A stretch of DNA of 64,000 bases from Guillardia theta CCMP2712 (Eukaryota > Protista > Cryptophyta): assembly GCF_000315625.1 (NCBI RefSeq), contig NW_005434540.1:63625-127624 (forward strand). Direction: 5' to 3'. This document shows, piece after piece, positions 1 to 12,247 of this stretch; positions within the stretch are counted from its first letter, which is position 1, and the number at the start of each line of letters is the position of its first letter. The translations under genes and the position numbers were made by a program. Under the pieces are notes generated by a model. It was given only the letters and a program-made list of their open reading frames with translations. It ran no database searches and was not told where the DNA came from.

Positions 1-558
1 AAGATTCGGGTCCTTCAGTCTCGTCCGGACGGGAAGGAGGTCTGGATGCCGCTGCTGGAGTTCGCCAGGGACGCGAGGCTCTCACTGCTCAGGTTCTGCA
101 GGTCAGCTGGGGTGAGGACCAGCGTCCCTCTGAGGGCCATGAGAGTGAAGAAGCCCGAGGAGCTGCTGGCGGGCTGGAGGAGATCGGAGGGAGGAGGCGC
201 AGGGTACGAGAACGAGCTGCATGGCGTGTGGACGGCAAGAAGTCCCCAGGAGAGTTGGTCGACCCTGCACGAGGTACTCGAGGAGACGGGCCAGCCCTCT
301 CCTCCTCCTCATCTCAGCCTTGCCGAGGCTCATCCAGCTGCTCGGGCGCCTGGCCTTGTGGAATATTCCAAGGAGTTTGACCAGCCCGCCACGATGCTCC
401 AGAAAACTTTCCGAGGGCACCGACAACGAGTTCTTGTGCTGGCGACCATTCCAGATGCAGTGAGGATCCGCCGTCTGCTTCCTCTGTCGAGCTTGATCGT
501 CACACACTCGCGCCTCTCGCGGATTTTCAAGAAGATGATGGGAAGGAGGAGGCGCTAG
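1..558 (+). CDS. 3' end of a hypothetical protein gene entering from the left edge
   Basis: Open, GC-rich coding-like frame to TAG at 558; no recognisable domain. Confidence 0.4.
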   Translation, partial: KIRVLQSRPDGKEVWMPLLEFARDARLSLLRFCRSAGVRTSVPLRAMRVKKPEELLAGWRRSEGGGAGYENELHGVWTARSPQESWSTLHEVLEETGQPSPPPHLSLAEAHPAARAPGLVEYSKEFDQPATMLQKTFRGHRQRVLVLATIPDAVRIRRLLPLSSLIVTHSRLSRIFKKMMGRRRR

Positions 559-717
559 GAGCAAGTCTTCTGAATGACATATTTTGTGCATACAAGATTT
601 TTGACTTCTGGCTAGTGGAAATGTTGAACTTAGGGATTTACCAGCCCGGGGGACCCGGAAGAAACGCCCGGCCCGGGCCCGTTTCAACTCGAGACAACAA
701 GTACACTACTTTCTCTA

Positions 718-1575
718 TCAGCTCTCAATTCCAATGAGAGTGAGAAGATCAGATACATCTATAGAGCAGCACAAGACAGCGGACTCATTTGAGACACGTG
801 ACGATTCCTTCATCAGTAGACAAGATGTGAATATGATGCGCAGAATGTTTTGGTTGTTCATGTCACAGAAGGACGCAGTAGAATCTTGACTAGTGCCTGG
901 CCCTCTTGAACTCCCTTTCAAGGATCGTAGGTGCTGCACCGTAAGAAGATTCCGGTGCTCAGTCACGATTCTCCACGTCAGCAGGTGCCTGGGGTGAGGG
1001 TTGGTATTCCTGTAGCAGTGTTTCATTCATGCTCCTGAGAAACTGTCCAAAAACGGTTGCTAATCTTGTTTCTTGCCACCAGCTCGTCTTGATGAGTGTT
1101 CCAAATCTTGCCTTGGTCGACATGCGAAGCTCTTCACCCTCGACCCACAGGCCGTGGTCTGTCTCTGTGCATCTCTGCTATAAATTCAGGATTATAACTG
1201 TCATGGATGAGCTCGCTCGTTTCCGTGTAGAACTCAAGGATACTGGAACCAGACCACGGCTGCCCCTCTTCCTTGTACAAGAGCATGTTTGGCGTCAACC
1301 AAGGCGTATCTTGACCGTGAACATGCTAGAAGTAACGTACATGTTGAGAAGTAACGTACATGTTGAGAATATGCTTGTTCCAGCAGCGCATTAATTAAAC
1401 TTCCCTGCTTTCCGTACACCTTTCTCCAACACTTCAACGAAGGTCTGGCTAGCCATCAGTCGTACATACTTCACATACTTCACATACTTCTCCACTTGCC
1501 CAGGCTGCAGCATGTTGCTTGTACCTGCCGCCATAACTCGCAGCGCTGCATGATGCTGGTACCTGCTGCAGCCAT
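718..1575 (-). CDS. Probable intron-containing hypothetical gene (boundaries approximate)
   Basis: Short coding-like pieces (e.g. TPWLTPNMLLYKEEGQPWSGSSILEFYTETSELIHDSY) separated by GT..AG segments; no motif. Confidence 0.3.
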
Positions 1576-1804
1576 CACAGCTCCATCGCGGGAAACTTTC
1601 AAAAATTGAAATTTGAAGCCTAACAGCGAAAAACCTTCACGATGGGCGAATTATATATATTGCTTGTAGGTTGATATGTATTGCTCATACATTGATTGGA
1701 CGCATCATGGCGGCCCAGCGCGGAGCGGGTGGGACTTGGCTAAGAGAGATCCTGAGGAGGCAGCGAAGACATGAAGGTTCTGACGTCATCAAGACAGTGA
1801 TGTC

Positions 1805-4800
1805 ATGAAGATCGTGTGCCGCCAAGCATGGAGCTTGCTCTTGCTCGGCTTTATCGCGTCTCTTGTTTGCTCGCCTTGCCTAGCGCGACGAGATTCCCTT
1901 GCAGCCGGTCATGTCAGATCGCCCAGGCTGGCTGAAGGCACTCGTAAGACACCAAAGACACCCAAAACACCGAAGAAGCTCGCCAACCTCACCGATCCTT
2001 CGAGCCCAGCAGCCTCAAGTGCTAACGGTAAGTGGAGGACCGTAGGCTCCCGGGCCTGACTGTCCCCGCAGCTCCCTCGGAGCTAGTCCCTCACCTCTCG
2101 CAAGATCCCTTCACCTCCGTCCTTCCTTCTCTCTCAAACTTCACCCTCCATGCGCTCGAGTCCCTCAAGTTCAAGTACATGGCCCCTGTGCAAAAGATGG
2201 TCATCCCCCTACTCCTGTCCAGCAAGGATGTGGTGGTGGAGGCACCGACGGGCTCGGGCAAGACAGTTGCCTTCCTCGTGCCAGGTACGTCAGCACTGAG
2301 ATATTCTCCGATGAGACGATTCCTCAGCTTTCGAGCTTCTCGCTCGCAGCAGTGATACCCTAGACAAGGTACCTCATCCCACTCATATGCTGCTCTGAAT
2401 CTGATGTGTTGCATGCAGACTGATATAGGTTCTCTGATTATCGCGCCGACCCGAGAGCTTGCCTTGCAGATTGAATGTAATTTCTTGTTTGCTCTCTGCG
2501 CTCACCTGACGTGATCCTTGACGTCAGCACTGTCTGCCGTCTTCTCCTCCCACTGCTCCTTTCCCAGCCACTCGTTCGTCGGGGGTTCGAATGAGACGAA
2601 CAACATGCGGCGCTTCAAGGTCTCTTCTCAGTGTCTTTGACCGCTCTCAACAGCTGGGCAGGAGCTGGGAGGCAACGTCTTGATCGCGACCCCTGGGAGA
2701 TTCATCGAGACGATCAGCAAGAAGAACCTGACGGGAAAGGGGACGAGTGGGATCGACGCGCTGAGATCCCTCCAGCTTCTCGTCCTCGACGAGGCTGATA
2801 GGTAGGAGTACAGGCCTGCTCTAGTCTCCCTCACGTCTCCTCCGACTCCAGACTGCTCCACATGGGCTTCGAACAGCAGCTCACGAGGATTTTCTCCCTT
2901 ATCCCCAAACAGCGAAGGTAAGACTGGAGATTCGGCTGACCCTGCTATGTCCACCAGTTTCACCGCCTCTGACAGGACGGGCTTGTTTTCTGCTACGATG
3001 ACGTCATCGTTGACGGAGCTCGTGCGAGTCGGTCAGATTTGAAACCTCTCCTTAACCGTCAGTACTCATAGCTGTCAGGGATGCGGAATCCTTGCCGAGT
3101 CGCAGTCACTGTGAAGGGAAAGGAAGGACAAGCTCTAACGACTCCAGTCGAACTCTCGCACTACTACATGGTGATATTGTCTAACAGTCTTGTTCCTTTC
3201 TCCTGTCGCCTCCCTAGCTTTTCTCCTATTTCCTCCGCCCTCAATAGACCTCGCCCGAAGAATCTAACTCTCTCTGTCCTCGTGAATCTTTACCCTTTCA
3301 TATCGTAGAAACTTCTCTTTTTATTCTTGTTTACCTTTGATTCGTTGCTTTCCTATTCTCTTTCATGTTCAATCCTCCTCCTCTCCTCCTCTCCTTCCTC
3401 CTTCCGTTCTCCTTTTTGTCGGCACGCTCTGCTTACCTCCACTTGACAGGAAGTTGCTCCCCGTCAGAGGTTGAATCAGTTGATTCATCTCCTAATCACT
3501 CTCAAGGAAAAGAAGGTGAGAGATCTCCACGAGACCTGCTCGATCGCTCAACGTGCGGGGGGAGCAGGCGGGGAAGATCATCATTTTCTTTCTGACGTGC
3601 TGGGCTGTTGATTACTTCGCTCGGATCCTACCGAAGCTCAAGGTGTCGAGGTTGCTAAGCGAGAGAGGAGGGTGAAAGTGTCTTGGTAGACTTGTCAAGG
3701 GCTCCACTTTGTGGGTTTGCACGGCAAGGTGAATGGCAAGTCTGTCAATCCAGCTCGCTGATTCTTTGCTGGCCAGCTGGACCAGAAGAAACGGAGCAAA
3801 GCAGTAGAAGAGCTGAGAAACTCGAAAGAGGCTGTGCGTACCCATGTCTAGTTCCTTCTCCTCTCTCTCCTCTGAATTACTTGTCAAGATTCTCCTCTGC
3901 ACGGACGTGGCGGCCAGGGGGTTGGACTTCGATGACATTTCGTGGGTCATTCAGGTACAGACGAGACGAGGCTGACCGGGGCCTGACTCGTGAGACAAGT
4001 TCGACCCTCCGCAAGATCCTGACTTCTTCGTTCATCGCGTGGGGAGAGCGGGGAGGATGGGGAGGTGTTTGGCATTGACCTGCCTCCTGCTCCTGCTCCT
4101 GCTCCTGCCTCCTGCCTCCTGCTATAGTGACGCCCCTTTAGACGTGGAAAATCTGTTATCTTCCTCGCTCCGAGCGAGATTGACTACATCCAGATGGTCG
4201 AGTCGCGGAACATGAAGTTAGAGGTGACTTCGATCTGAACCTGACAAGATGATAGAAAGCCTGCCTGTTTGCTCTTCGTGATTGCTTCCAACGACCTTGT
4301 TAACCTTCTCAGATGTCTTGCTTGTCACTCTTGCCTTTGATGTTTGGTCCTCACATCCTTGTCTTCATCCCTGACTCTTGTACCTTCATTCTCTTCTGCC
4401 TCCCATCTCAAACTTTTCCAGGAGATTCCATGTTCTGCCGATGCTCGAGACGTCTTACAGGAGATCAGAAGTCTTGTCCGGGAGGTAAGCCAAGGAGAAA
4501 AAAGATGTGTCCTGACCCAGGTTCTTTCAGGATAGAGATCTCATGAGGAGAGGGCAGCGCACTTTCGTTTCTATCGGTAACATCCTCCTCCTCCTCCTCC
4601 TCCTCCTCCTCCTCCTCCTCCTCCTCCTCCCATTTTTGAATATCCTTCCCTCGTTCTTCCCTTGAATTCCATCTCTCCATTCCCTCCTGACTGTCCCTCC
4701 CTCTTTCCTTGCTTTCCATCTCTGGCCGTCTTCCTACACTAGTCCGAGCGTACAGGGAGCATCTGTGTGACTTCATCTTCAAGTTGGATCAGTTCGACTA

Positions 4801-5536
4801 TGCGGGTACCGCAGGTGCCTTGCCCAGCGCCTCCTCCTCACCTGCTTCCTGCAGGTCACGGGATGAGTCTCGGGCTGCTCCAGCTCCCCTACATGCGCGA
4901 ACTCCTTCAAGCTGGTCGAGGGTGAACAGAGCAGGAAGACGCTGATGCACTAGCAGGAGCCACGGCCAAGCGACGGATGCTCTTGCTGCCCGGGTTTGAA
5001 CCCGAGGAGATCGACTTGGACAGCATCGCGTTCAAGGACGCGAAGCGGGAGAAGGAGCGGCAGGAGCAGCTTAAGGTGAGGGGAGGGGAGAGGAGAGGAG
5101 ATGCTCAATTGTAGCAACAAGAACGAAGAGGACGAGAGGGACAAGCAGGCGAAGAAGAGGCGAGCAGCAAGGAATGCACAGAGCTGGAGCAAGAAGCTCG
5201 ACAAGGTTGTCAGGCTGGGACGAGGAGGCTGCTGACGAAGAACAGATGGAGAGGAGGCAGAAGAAGAAGGCCAGAAAGGAGCGAGTCCTCACCGTCCCTC
5301 AGGTTCGCCTCCTCCTCCTGCCGTCGAGCACGTGACGGGGGCGGGGCAGGTGCGGGAGGAGGAGCTGAGCGACGACGAGATCGAGCAGATGCGCAAGGAG
5401 TACGCGCTGCTCAAGAAGATGAAGAAGGTGGGGGCTCCCTTCTCAGCTGTCGGCCTCGTTGACCAGCAGGTTGCAGGGGAAACTGCCAGTGAACCAGCTG
5501 GACCAGGAGCTGGATGAGAGCGCGAACTCCCTGTGA
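1805..5536 (+). CDS. DDX55: DEAD-box RNA helicase DDX55/Spb4 (60S biogenesis), multi-exon, with an N-terminal signal-peptide-like extension
   Basis: Q motif MAPVQ, EAPTGSGKT, PTRELA, ATPGR, LDEAD, IPKQRRTGLFSAT, MRNPCRVAV, TDVAARGLD, FVHRVGR, and the subfamily-type C-terminus LVRAYREHLCDFIFKL; stop TGA 5534-5536. Confidence 0.9.
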
Positions 5537-6193
5537 GTATGATAGTGGTACAAACTCAATAATGAAAGCTCGGAGGTAATCAGCGACTTGAGACCTGGGG
5601 GTCTGATCATTATCCTGGAGACTGATGGCTTTCTGGGGGTTTGTGTTGAGGGTAGGAAGGGCCAGGAAGGGAGAGGCCAAGATAGAGCCTCTGTCTCTTT
5701 AACAAATCTAACACTCTGACGTCGCCATGCGAACAATTCCCTCACTGTTATGGTGCAAGAAAAATTTTCACATCAGAATTGTAAGGAATGTCTTGAGAGA
5801 TTGACAGAAATACACCCTGAAACATTATATTATTTATCTCATGCGGTTTTTCACAATCTCTCAAATAATTCCCTCACTGTTGTGATGCGGAAAAATATTT
5901 CACACGAGAATGATAAGAGAATTTGTGTGGTACTGTTAGAAACCCTTATAAGAAAATACTTGAGACTGTGAAATTTGAGCGAAGCGAGAAATGCGAGCAG
6001 AGCGATGCGAAATAAAAATGGGCAAGTGTATCCTCAGCAGCCCGACATAAAGTCTCTGTTTAGTTGATCTACCAACTTTCACTGCCGCATGCTGGTCTCT
6101 TTAAAAAAGATTTTGTCGGAGAAGGAAATTCCTTTCCTTTTCCGCGTTCATGTGAACGTACACGTCCAGGAGCATCATCTGGACTTACAGTAA

Positions 6194-6505
6194 ATCCCCT
6201 ATGGGGCCATTATGGACGATGGGCTTGTAGGATCGAGAGTTCTAGGAGGAGAGCAACTTGCAGCACCTCTGTCATGCCCCCCTGCAGTGTATTCAATCAT
6301 GCAGGAGTGTTGGAAGCAGAATAGCAGCGAGCGGCCAAGCTTCAGCAAGTTACAGATCGAACTTCAAAAGCAACACGATGAAGCCATTAAAAACAGCAGC
6401 CAAGCGGTGAACAATCGCAGCCATCCATGTTTCATCTGTTAGGATCAACAAGCTGAATGAGCGCTGATCCCATCAGCAGGCATGAGTGTCTCTACGAAGA
6501 CTGAA
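6194..6505 (+). pseudogene. Fragment of a tyrosine-kinase-like C-lobe fused to a decayed C3HC4 RING
   Basis: PYG...CPPAVYSIMQECWKQNSSERPSF (kinase subdomains X-XI), then CFIC*DQQAE*ALIP and, in a shifted frame, HECLYED*; no N-lobe or catalytic loop upstream. Confidence 0.7.
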
Positions 6506-7376
6506 AGGAAGGAGCTTCTAGACCAAGCTCTTCCCACCCGCATTCGGTCCTTCTTGTCCACCCTCAGCGAGCAGGCCAGCACATGCATCTCTGCGAATTT
6601 CAGTACTCAGTGCTATGAACAGGAAGCTGAGAGATCGACGCTCTATGTAAGCTCAGCAGCCAGATTCTCCTTGAGAACATTGCGTCCCACTCCCTGCTCC
6701 TCTGGCGTCTTCGCCCACTCTCCCAGCGACATGAACTCCAGGCTCCCCGGAGAGTAGAAGGTGTCGTGCAGGTTTCCTATGGCCTTGTCCAAGACCAGCT
6801 TGATCGGGCAAAGAGGTTGCCTCCCGGTGGATGACTGCTGAGAGCTCGCTTACGAGCTACAGCATGTCTTCTTTGCTTGACGGAGATGCTGCCTCCATTG
6901 TGATCCTCTCCAGGTCTGTGAACTCCAGCCACTCTCCCTCGCTCTCCTCCTGCCGCTGAGCGTCGCCAGTGCCACGCTGACCAGCCGTGTCGAAGCCGAC
7001 TGCTTCGAGCTTGGTTGCTGCGCCTTCTAGAGAGCCTCGAAGGGCAGCGGACCCGTTCCATGACCTGATATTTCGATCCTCCTCCATATCGATCCCTTCG
7101 CAAGACTCACTTGGCTTAGGGGACAAGTTCCTCGCAACAACTCCGTCATCACAATACTTCAAGAGAAACTCGGAGTGCCATGTCCTTCAATATCCTCTTG
7201 AGATCGTCCTCTACAAAGGATCGGACGGGTGACCCCAGCAGGGACGATCCTTGCCCTCTGTCCTCGACGCAGCAGAGAGCAGCTTCTTCAAGTCGGAACC
7301 TACCTCGATCTTCGCAACAAACTTGAAACATATGCCGGAGGACAAGTGCAACCATCCAAATGATACTCCTTGGCAT
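6500..7376 (-). CDS. Intron-containing hypothetical protein (boundaries approximate)
   Basis: Coding-like exons (MPRSIIWMVALVL..., EGEWLEFTDLERITMEAASP, LCPIKLVLDKAIGNLHDTFYSPG). Confidence 0.35.
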
Positions 7377-7993
7377 CAATGACAGGCGTACCCTAGATGA
7401 TCTCAAACAACGTCGTTCACTCCAGACGCAGGCCCGCAGTGTTACCCCCGCATAGAACCGTAGGATCAAAAGAGTCACTGAGACTGCGCACGACTTGTGT
7501 GACAGCGGTGTGTGAGTTCGATAACCATGTTCGATAACTCTATCACTGTCACTCGCCGGACGAGATTCGCACAACCTGACGTGTTATATTTTGCTATCCA
7601 GAAGGCAAACGGCCTGAAATAATTCCGATTCCAGATAAAGATCACAGTGATCTCATTCTGAGTCAGATATGCAAATAGTGAGGTAGAGATAGGACAGGTG
7701 CTAGGACAGCGCTTAGCCTAGTAGGACCGCGCTCTTAGGACTTCCTTAAAACCCCTACATTGAGGGGCAAAAATGTTCACCTGTCAATTCGGAGAAGCCT
7801 ACTTCCCGTGTCGACTCCGTGCCACCTGATTACACCACTACCCCTACTTGCACCTACTGCAGTACCCCACCCCATCACCTTCACCTTTCAATGTGCCGTG
7901 ACCACCTGCGTGACCACGCTTTTATTATTAGGTCAATACAAAGAGAATTATTAGTCCTAGAAAGTTAGCACTCAAGGCTGCGATACACGAGCC

Positions 7994-8806
7994 ATGCACA
8001 CGAGCCTCTCCTACCCCATGCTCCCCGCTCCCCTCCCTCCCTTCTCCCTCTCCTACCCTCCTACTTCCTCCCCTGCTCCCAAAAGATCCTTCACCGCCTG
8101 TAGCCAGTGCCGGCTGCGCAAGACCCGCTGTGACGATCAAACCCCCTGCTCCCGCTGCGTCCGCTCTGCCCGGGCCTCGACATGCTCACGCTTGTCAGAG
8201 GGCAACGACCAGAGGTCCCAGGGCGATGTGCTGCAGTCAAGCCGTAGGGCGACCAAGGCTTGCCTGGGCTGCCAGATCAAGAAGGTGCGCTGCGGCGACG
8301 CTCGGCCGTGTGCTCGGTGCTACCGGATGGGGGAGGTTTGCTACAGCGAAGGAGGGCTAGGGCACGGAGCGCTGCCTCCAGTCCTGCAGCGGAAGCGAGA
8401 GCAAGTCGTGCAGGCATGCGAGCGATGCCGGAGGTCGCGGCTCAAGTGCGACTCTGCAAGGCCATGCGGTCGATGCGCGAGGAGCCTTCAAGTGTGCGTA
8501 GACTGGCGGGTCAAGCGGCGACGGCGCGGGACGGAGATAGACGGAAGCCCAGAGGGAAGCCCAGATGGGGACAAGGAGACAAGCGGGTACAGCTGGGAGG
8601 AGCTGCTGGGGAACCCGGAGGAGGGTGAGCTACAGCTATGGCCACGGTTGGCAGACGAGACTGCGTCAGAGGAGAGCATTGCAGGAGGCGGATGGGAAGA
8701 GCTGGAATGGGAAGAGGTTGTAGAAGGATCAGGGGCAGGGGGGAGAGGGGAATGCAACGATCAGCTTTCAGCCGAGCTCTATGGAGTCAAAGGATTTTTT
8801 CTTTGA
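7994..8806 (+). CDS. Intronless transcription factor with three tandem Zn2Cys6 (GAL4-type) clusters, copy 1
   Basis: ACSQCRLRKTRCDDQTPCSRC, ACLGCQIKKVRCGDARPCARC and ACERCRRSRLKCDSARPCGRC, followed by a basic NLS-like RVKRRRR and an acidic, Trp-containing tail. Confidence 0.88.
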   Translation: MHTSLSYPMLPAPLPPFSLSYPPTSSPAPKRSFTACSQCRLRKTRCDDQTPCSRCVRSARASTCSRLSEGNDQRSQGDVLQSSRRATKACLGCQIKKVRCGDARPCARCYRMGEVCYSEGGLGHGALPPVLQRKREQVVQACERCRRSRLKCDSARPCGRCARSLQVCVDWRVKRRRRGTEIDGSPEGSPDGDKETSGYSWEELLGNPEEGELQLWPRLADETASEESIAGGGWEELEWEEVVEGSGAGGRGECNDQLSAELYGVKGFFL

Positions 8807-8866
8807 ATCAGCAGAGCAATAGCACGCTATTTGAGGTGGTTGGGATTGAAGATAGTGGGAATGTTT

Positions 8867-10791
8867 TTATTTGCATGAAGATGAAAACGACTGCGATTTG
8901 TGTTGAACATTACTAAGCATTGTCTGGCAATCTTCATTTTGCGCTTCTTCTTTAGTCTGCTCCTTCACCCGCTGCACATTCCGGATCAACAGGACCGAAG
9001 TCTGTCCACAAGTATAAGAGCTGCCCCGTAGCAGCAAGGCGAGCAACTCGTGCAGTACTTCCTGCTAGAGCAGGGTCAGGCGGATCCAACCCGATGGTGA
9101 GACGACGACCTTGCAAGTAGTCGGAAAGACTTGCGACGTGATGTAGGACTTTGACTACCAACAACCGTCGCCTATGTTTAGGTGAATGGCTGCTTCTGAA
9201 AGGAAAGTTGAAGGCTTGACCGTCTCGAGCAGAAAAACAAGTTCCACCCCCTGCTCTTGCGTACAACTCATCCGTTCTGATTTGCAGTTTCAGCTTTCCA
9301 TCTAGAATGCTGGCTCCACTTGGCTGTTGTGAGGATTGAATAAAGCTTTTGAAGCAAGACGAGAAGCAGCTGACGAGAGTCTTGAAGGGTCGAGATTCGT
9401 GTGAACGTTGTAAGTCGACAATGCTTCACCGGACAGCTGCTGGACATTGATGTCGAAATACTCGTATGAGAAGCTTCCTTCGCTGTTCGGAGGTAGAATC
9501 ATTTCATTCTATTGTCCGAGAAGCCAAAGGTCTCCTTCATACTCTGCAGGCTTGCAACTTCGTCCTGTGCGACTTCCAGCGGCTCTGCTTCAGGAACCTC
9601 TTCCTTGCGTTAGCCAACAATCAGCGCCTTCTCAGTGACTACAGCGCTGAGTTGAGGAGCTTTGCATTAGCAATCCGAGTCGATGCGCAAAATTTGAGAT
9701 CACGTTGTCGAGGGGATGGAGCTTGTGGATAGCGTCCCTTGCGGTGTAGGAGCCGTTGGGCGTGCAGGAGTGACTGTGGAGCTGGAAGACGCTCGGCAGG
9801 TAGCGTATCCGCATGCTCGCCGCGCAAGTCCCTGAGGGATCGGAGGGAGCAGTCCTTGAGGACGGCCAACCATTCGACAGCATCCCTTTCGTTGCGAGCC
9901 TTGGTGTCAGGGAGGGCGATCATGTCAGCAGTCTCAACTAGCCCCGCCCACTGCTTCCTCGGGCATCGTACCTGCTCCTCTATGTACGTGTACATATCCT
10001 CTCTGCTGGTGATCAGGGCTGATCCTGGTAAGAATTCAGCTGCGCAGGTTTCAGATCGAAACATGAAGACGATACGACGATCGCAAGGAATGCAGAATAG
10101 GCGCTTCACCGGCAAGGCCAAATTCCGACTTGGAACGCTGTGATGAATCCCTTTGACTTGACTGAGCTTTAACACTTCCGACTGTTGCAGCTTGTTCGAC
10201 AACTCCGAACAGATAGAGAAAATTCATACCAGATTAAGTGCCGTCGTGGCACTGACTGTGAGGATTCAGTCCTGTGGCTAAGAGATTCAAGTCAAGGACG
10301 TGGAGGCTTATATATCCGGCCTCGCTGGTCATGATCTGACGGTTGATCTCTCGACAATGGAGGGCCGATCGGAGAAAGCTTAGGGCTTGTGTAGGTGGCG
10401 AAAGCAAGAATCTTGGTGAAGAGAAAGGTTTGAAGGCAAAAATGTCGGGCTTATGTGTATGTACGACGGGCTTGTAGGCGAGTACGACGGTCGGCGAATA
10501 CTGCAGCTTGTCATGTCCCGGTCCACGTACTGATTCATAGAGCATGTTCAATTCTCGAATTGTAGACAAAGCAAGTTCCATGGTCAGGGCTTTGACAGAG
10601 GCATGGAAATGAGGCAGACTTGAATGTGCGCAAGTTCCTTTCAAAGCGATCAAGCAGGGCTGCAGGGGACAAGAGACGCAGGAAACAACAAACAGTAGTC
10701 GAAGGCTCGAGCCACTGTGGGAGCGAGAGGTTGCGACGAGGACGAAGTTTGCGACTTCCTGTGCATATGTCACATCAATCATGTCGGTCAA
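8867..10791 (-). CDS. Multi-exon hypothetical gene, copy 1 (probably damaged by a 119-bp deletion)
   Basis: Starts MTDMIDVTYAQEVANFVLVAT; short GT-AG introns; lacks the segment at 12594-12712 of copy 2. Confidence 0.45.
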
Positions 10792-11374
10792 TATTACTTC
10801 AAAAAGAGTTAGTGTTTTTTTTCAGGGGAAATCGAGCTAAAAATAGCAATTTCCAATAATACTTTTAGATCAAATCCATCCACTTTGCTCCAATATTACC
10901 CCCCTCGAGCAGACTACCCCACCAGGGCCAGGATCCATCACCCCTGCTCTTGAGGGTCTGCCTTTCAATATGCTGTAACCGTGACAGTATTACGGAGGTC
11001 ACGTTACCTCGTTGAGTGAAATACTCCAAGAGTTTTTTTTCATCATGTGCTGCTGATATGTGTGCCCTCGACCCTGTGGGAACCACTATAGCAAATAAGT
11101 CACATCAGCGGGCCAACCACCACCAGACCCACAACTGAAGGTGACGTCATCTGGTTCACCTGTCAATGCGGAGAAGCCTACTTCCCGTGTCGACTCCGTG
11201 CCACCTGATTACACCACTACCCCTGCTTGCACCTGCTGCAGTACCCCACCCCTTCACCTTCACCTTTCAATGTGCCGTGACCACCTGCGTGACCACGCTT
11301 TTATTATTAGGTCAATAAAAAGAGAATATTATTAGTCCTAGAAAGTTAGCACTCAAGGCTGCGATACACGAGCC

Positions 11375-12187
11375 ATGCACACGAGCCTCTCCTACCCCAT
11401 GCTCCCCGCTCCCCTCCCTCCCTTCTCCCTCTCCTACCCTCCTACTTCCTCCCCTGCTCCCAAAAGATCCTTCACCGCCTGTAGCCAGTGCCGGCTGCGC
11501 AAGACCCGCTGTGACGATCAAACCCCCTGCTCCCGCTGCGTCCGCTCTGCCCGGGCCTTGCCATGCTCACGCTTGTCAGAGGGCAACGACCAGAGGTCCC
11601 AGGGCGATGTGCTGCAGTCAAGCCGTAGGGCGACCAAGGCTTGCCTGGGCTGCCAGATCAAGAAGGTGCGCTGCGGCGACGCTCGGCCGTGTGCTCGGTG
11701 CTACCGGATGGGGGAGGTTTGCTACAGCGAAGGAGGGCTAGGGCACGGAGCGCTGCCTCCAGTCCTGCAGCGGAAGCGAGAGCAAGTCGTGCAGGCATGC
11801 GAGCGATGCCGGAGGTCGCGGCTCAAGTGCGACTCTGCAAGGCCATGCGGTCGATGCGCGAGGAGCCTTCAAGTGTGCGTAGACTGGCGGGTCAAGCGGC
11901 GACGGCGCGGGACGGAGATAGACGGAAGCCCAGAGGGAAGCCCAGATGGGGACAAGGAGACAAGCGGGTACAGCTGGGAGGAGCTGCTGGGGAACCCGGA
12001 GGAGGGTGAGCTACAGCTATGGCCACGGTTGGCAGACGAGACTGCGTCAGAGGAGAGCATTGCAGGAGGCGGATGGGAAGAGCTGGAATGGGAAGAGGTT
12101 GTAGAAGGATCAGGGGCAGGGGGAAGAGGGGGATGCAACGATCAGCTTTCAGCCGAGCTCTATGGAGTCAAAGGATTTTTTCTTTGA
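11375..12187 (+). CDS. Triple Zn2Cys6 transcription factor, copy 2
   Basis: 270 aa; differs from copy 1 at three residues (ST>LP, E>G). Confidence 0.88.
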   Translation: MHTSLSYPMLPAPLPPFSLSYPPTSSPAPKRSFTACSQCRLRKTRCDDQTPCSRCVRSARALPCSRLSEGNDQRSQGDVLQSSRRATKACLGCQIKKVRCGDARPCARCYRMGEVCYSEGGLGHGALPPVLQRKREQVVQACERCRRSRLKCDSARPCGRCARSLQVCVDWRVKRRRRGTEIDGSPEGSPDGDKETSGYSWEELLGNPEEGELQLWPRLADETASEESIAGGGWEELEWEEVVEGSGAGGRGGCNDQLSAELYGVKGFFL

Positions 12188-12247
12188 ATCAGCAGAGCAA
12201 TAGCACGCTATTTGAGGTGGTTGGGATTGAAGATAGTGGGAATGTTT

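Larger units (their letters stand above)
7775..11007 (+). repeat. Tandem segmental duplication, copy 1 (~3.2 kb)
   Basis: Near-identical to 11154-14529 from GTTCACCTGTCAAT to GGAGGTCACGTTAC; lacks a 119-bp segment present in copy 2. Confidence 0.95.

Noticed and set aside
1327-1490. Short tandem duplications (20-bp x2, 9-bp x3); similar one at about 37768-37820
   Set aside because: Ordinary slippage duplications with no further structure.
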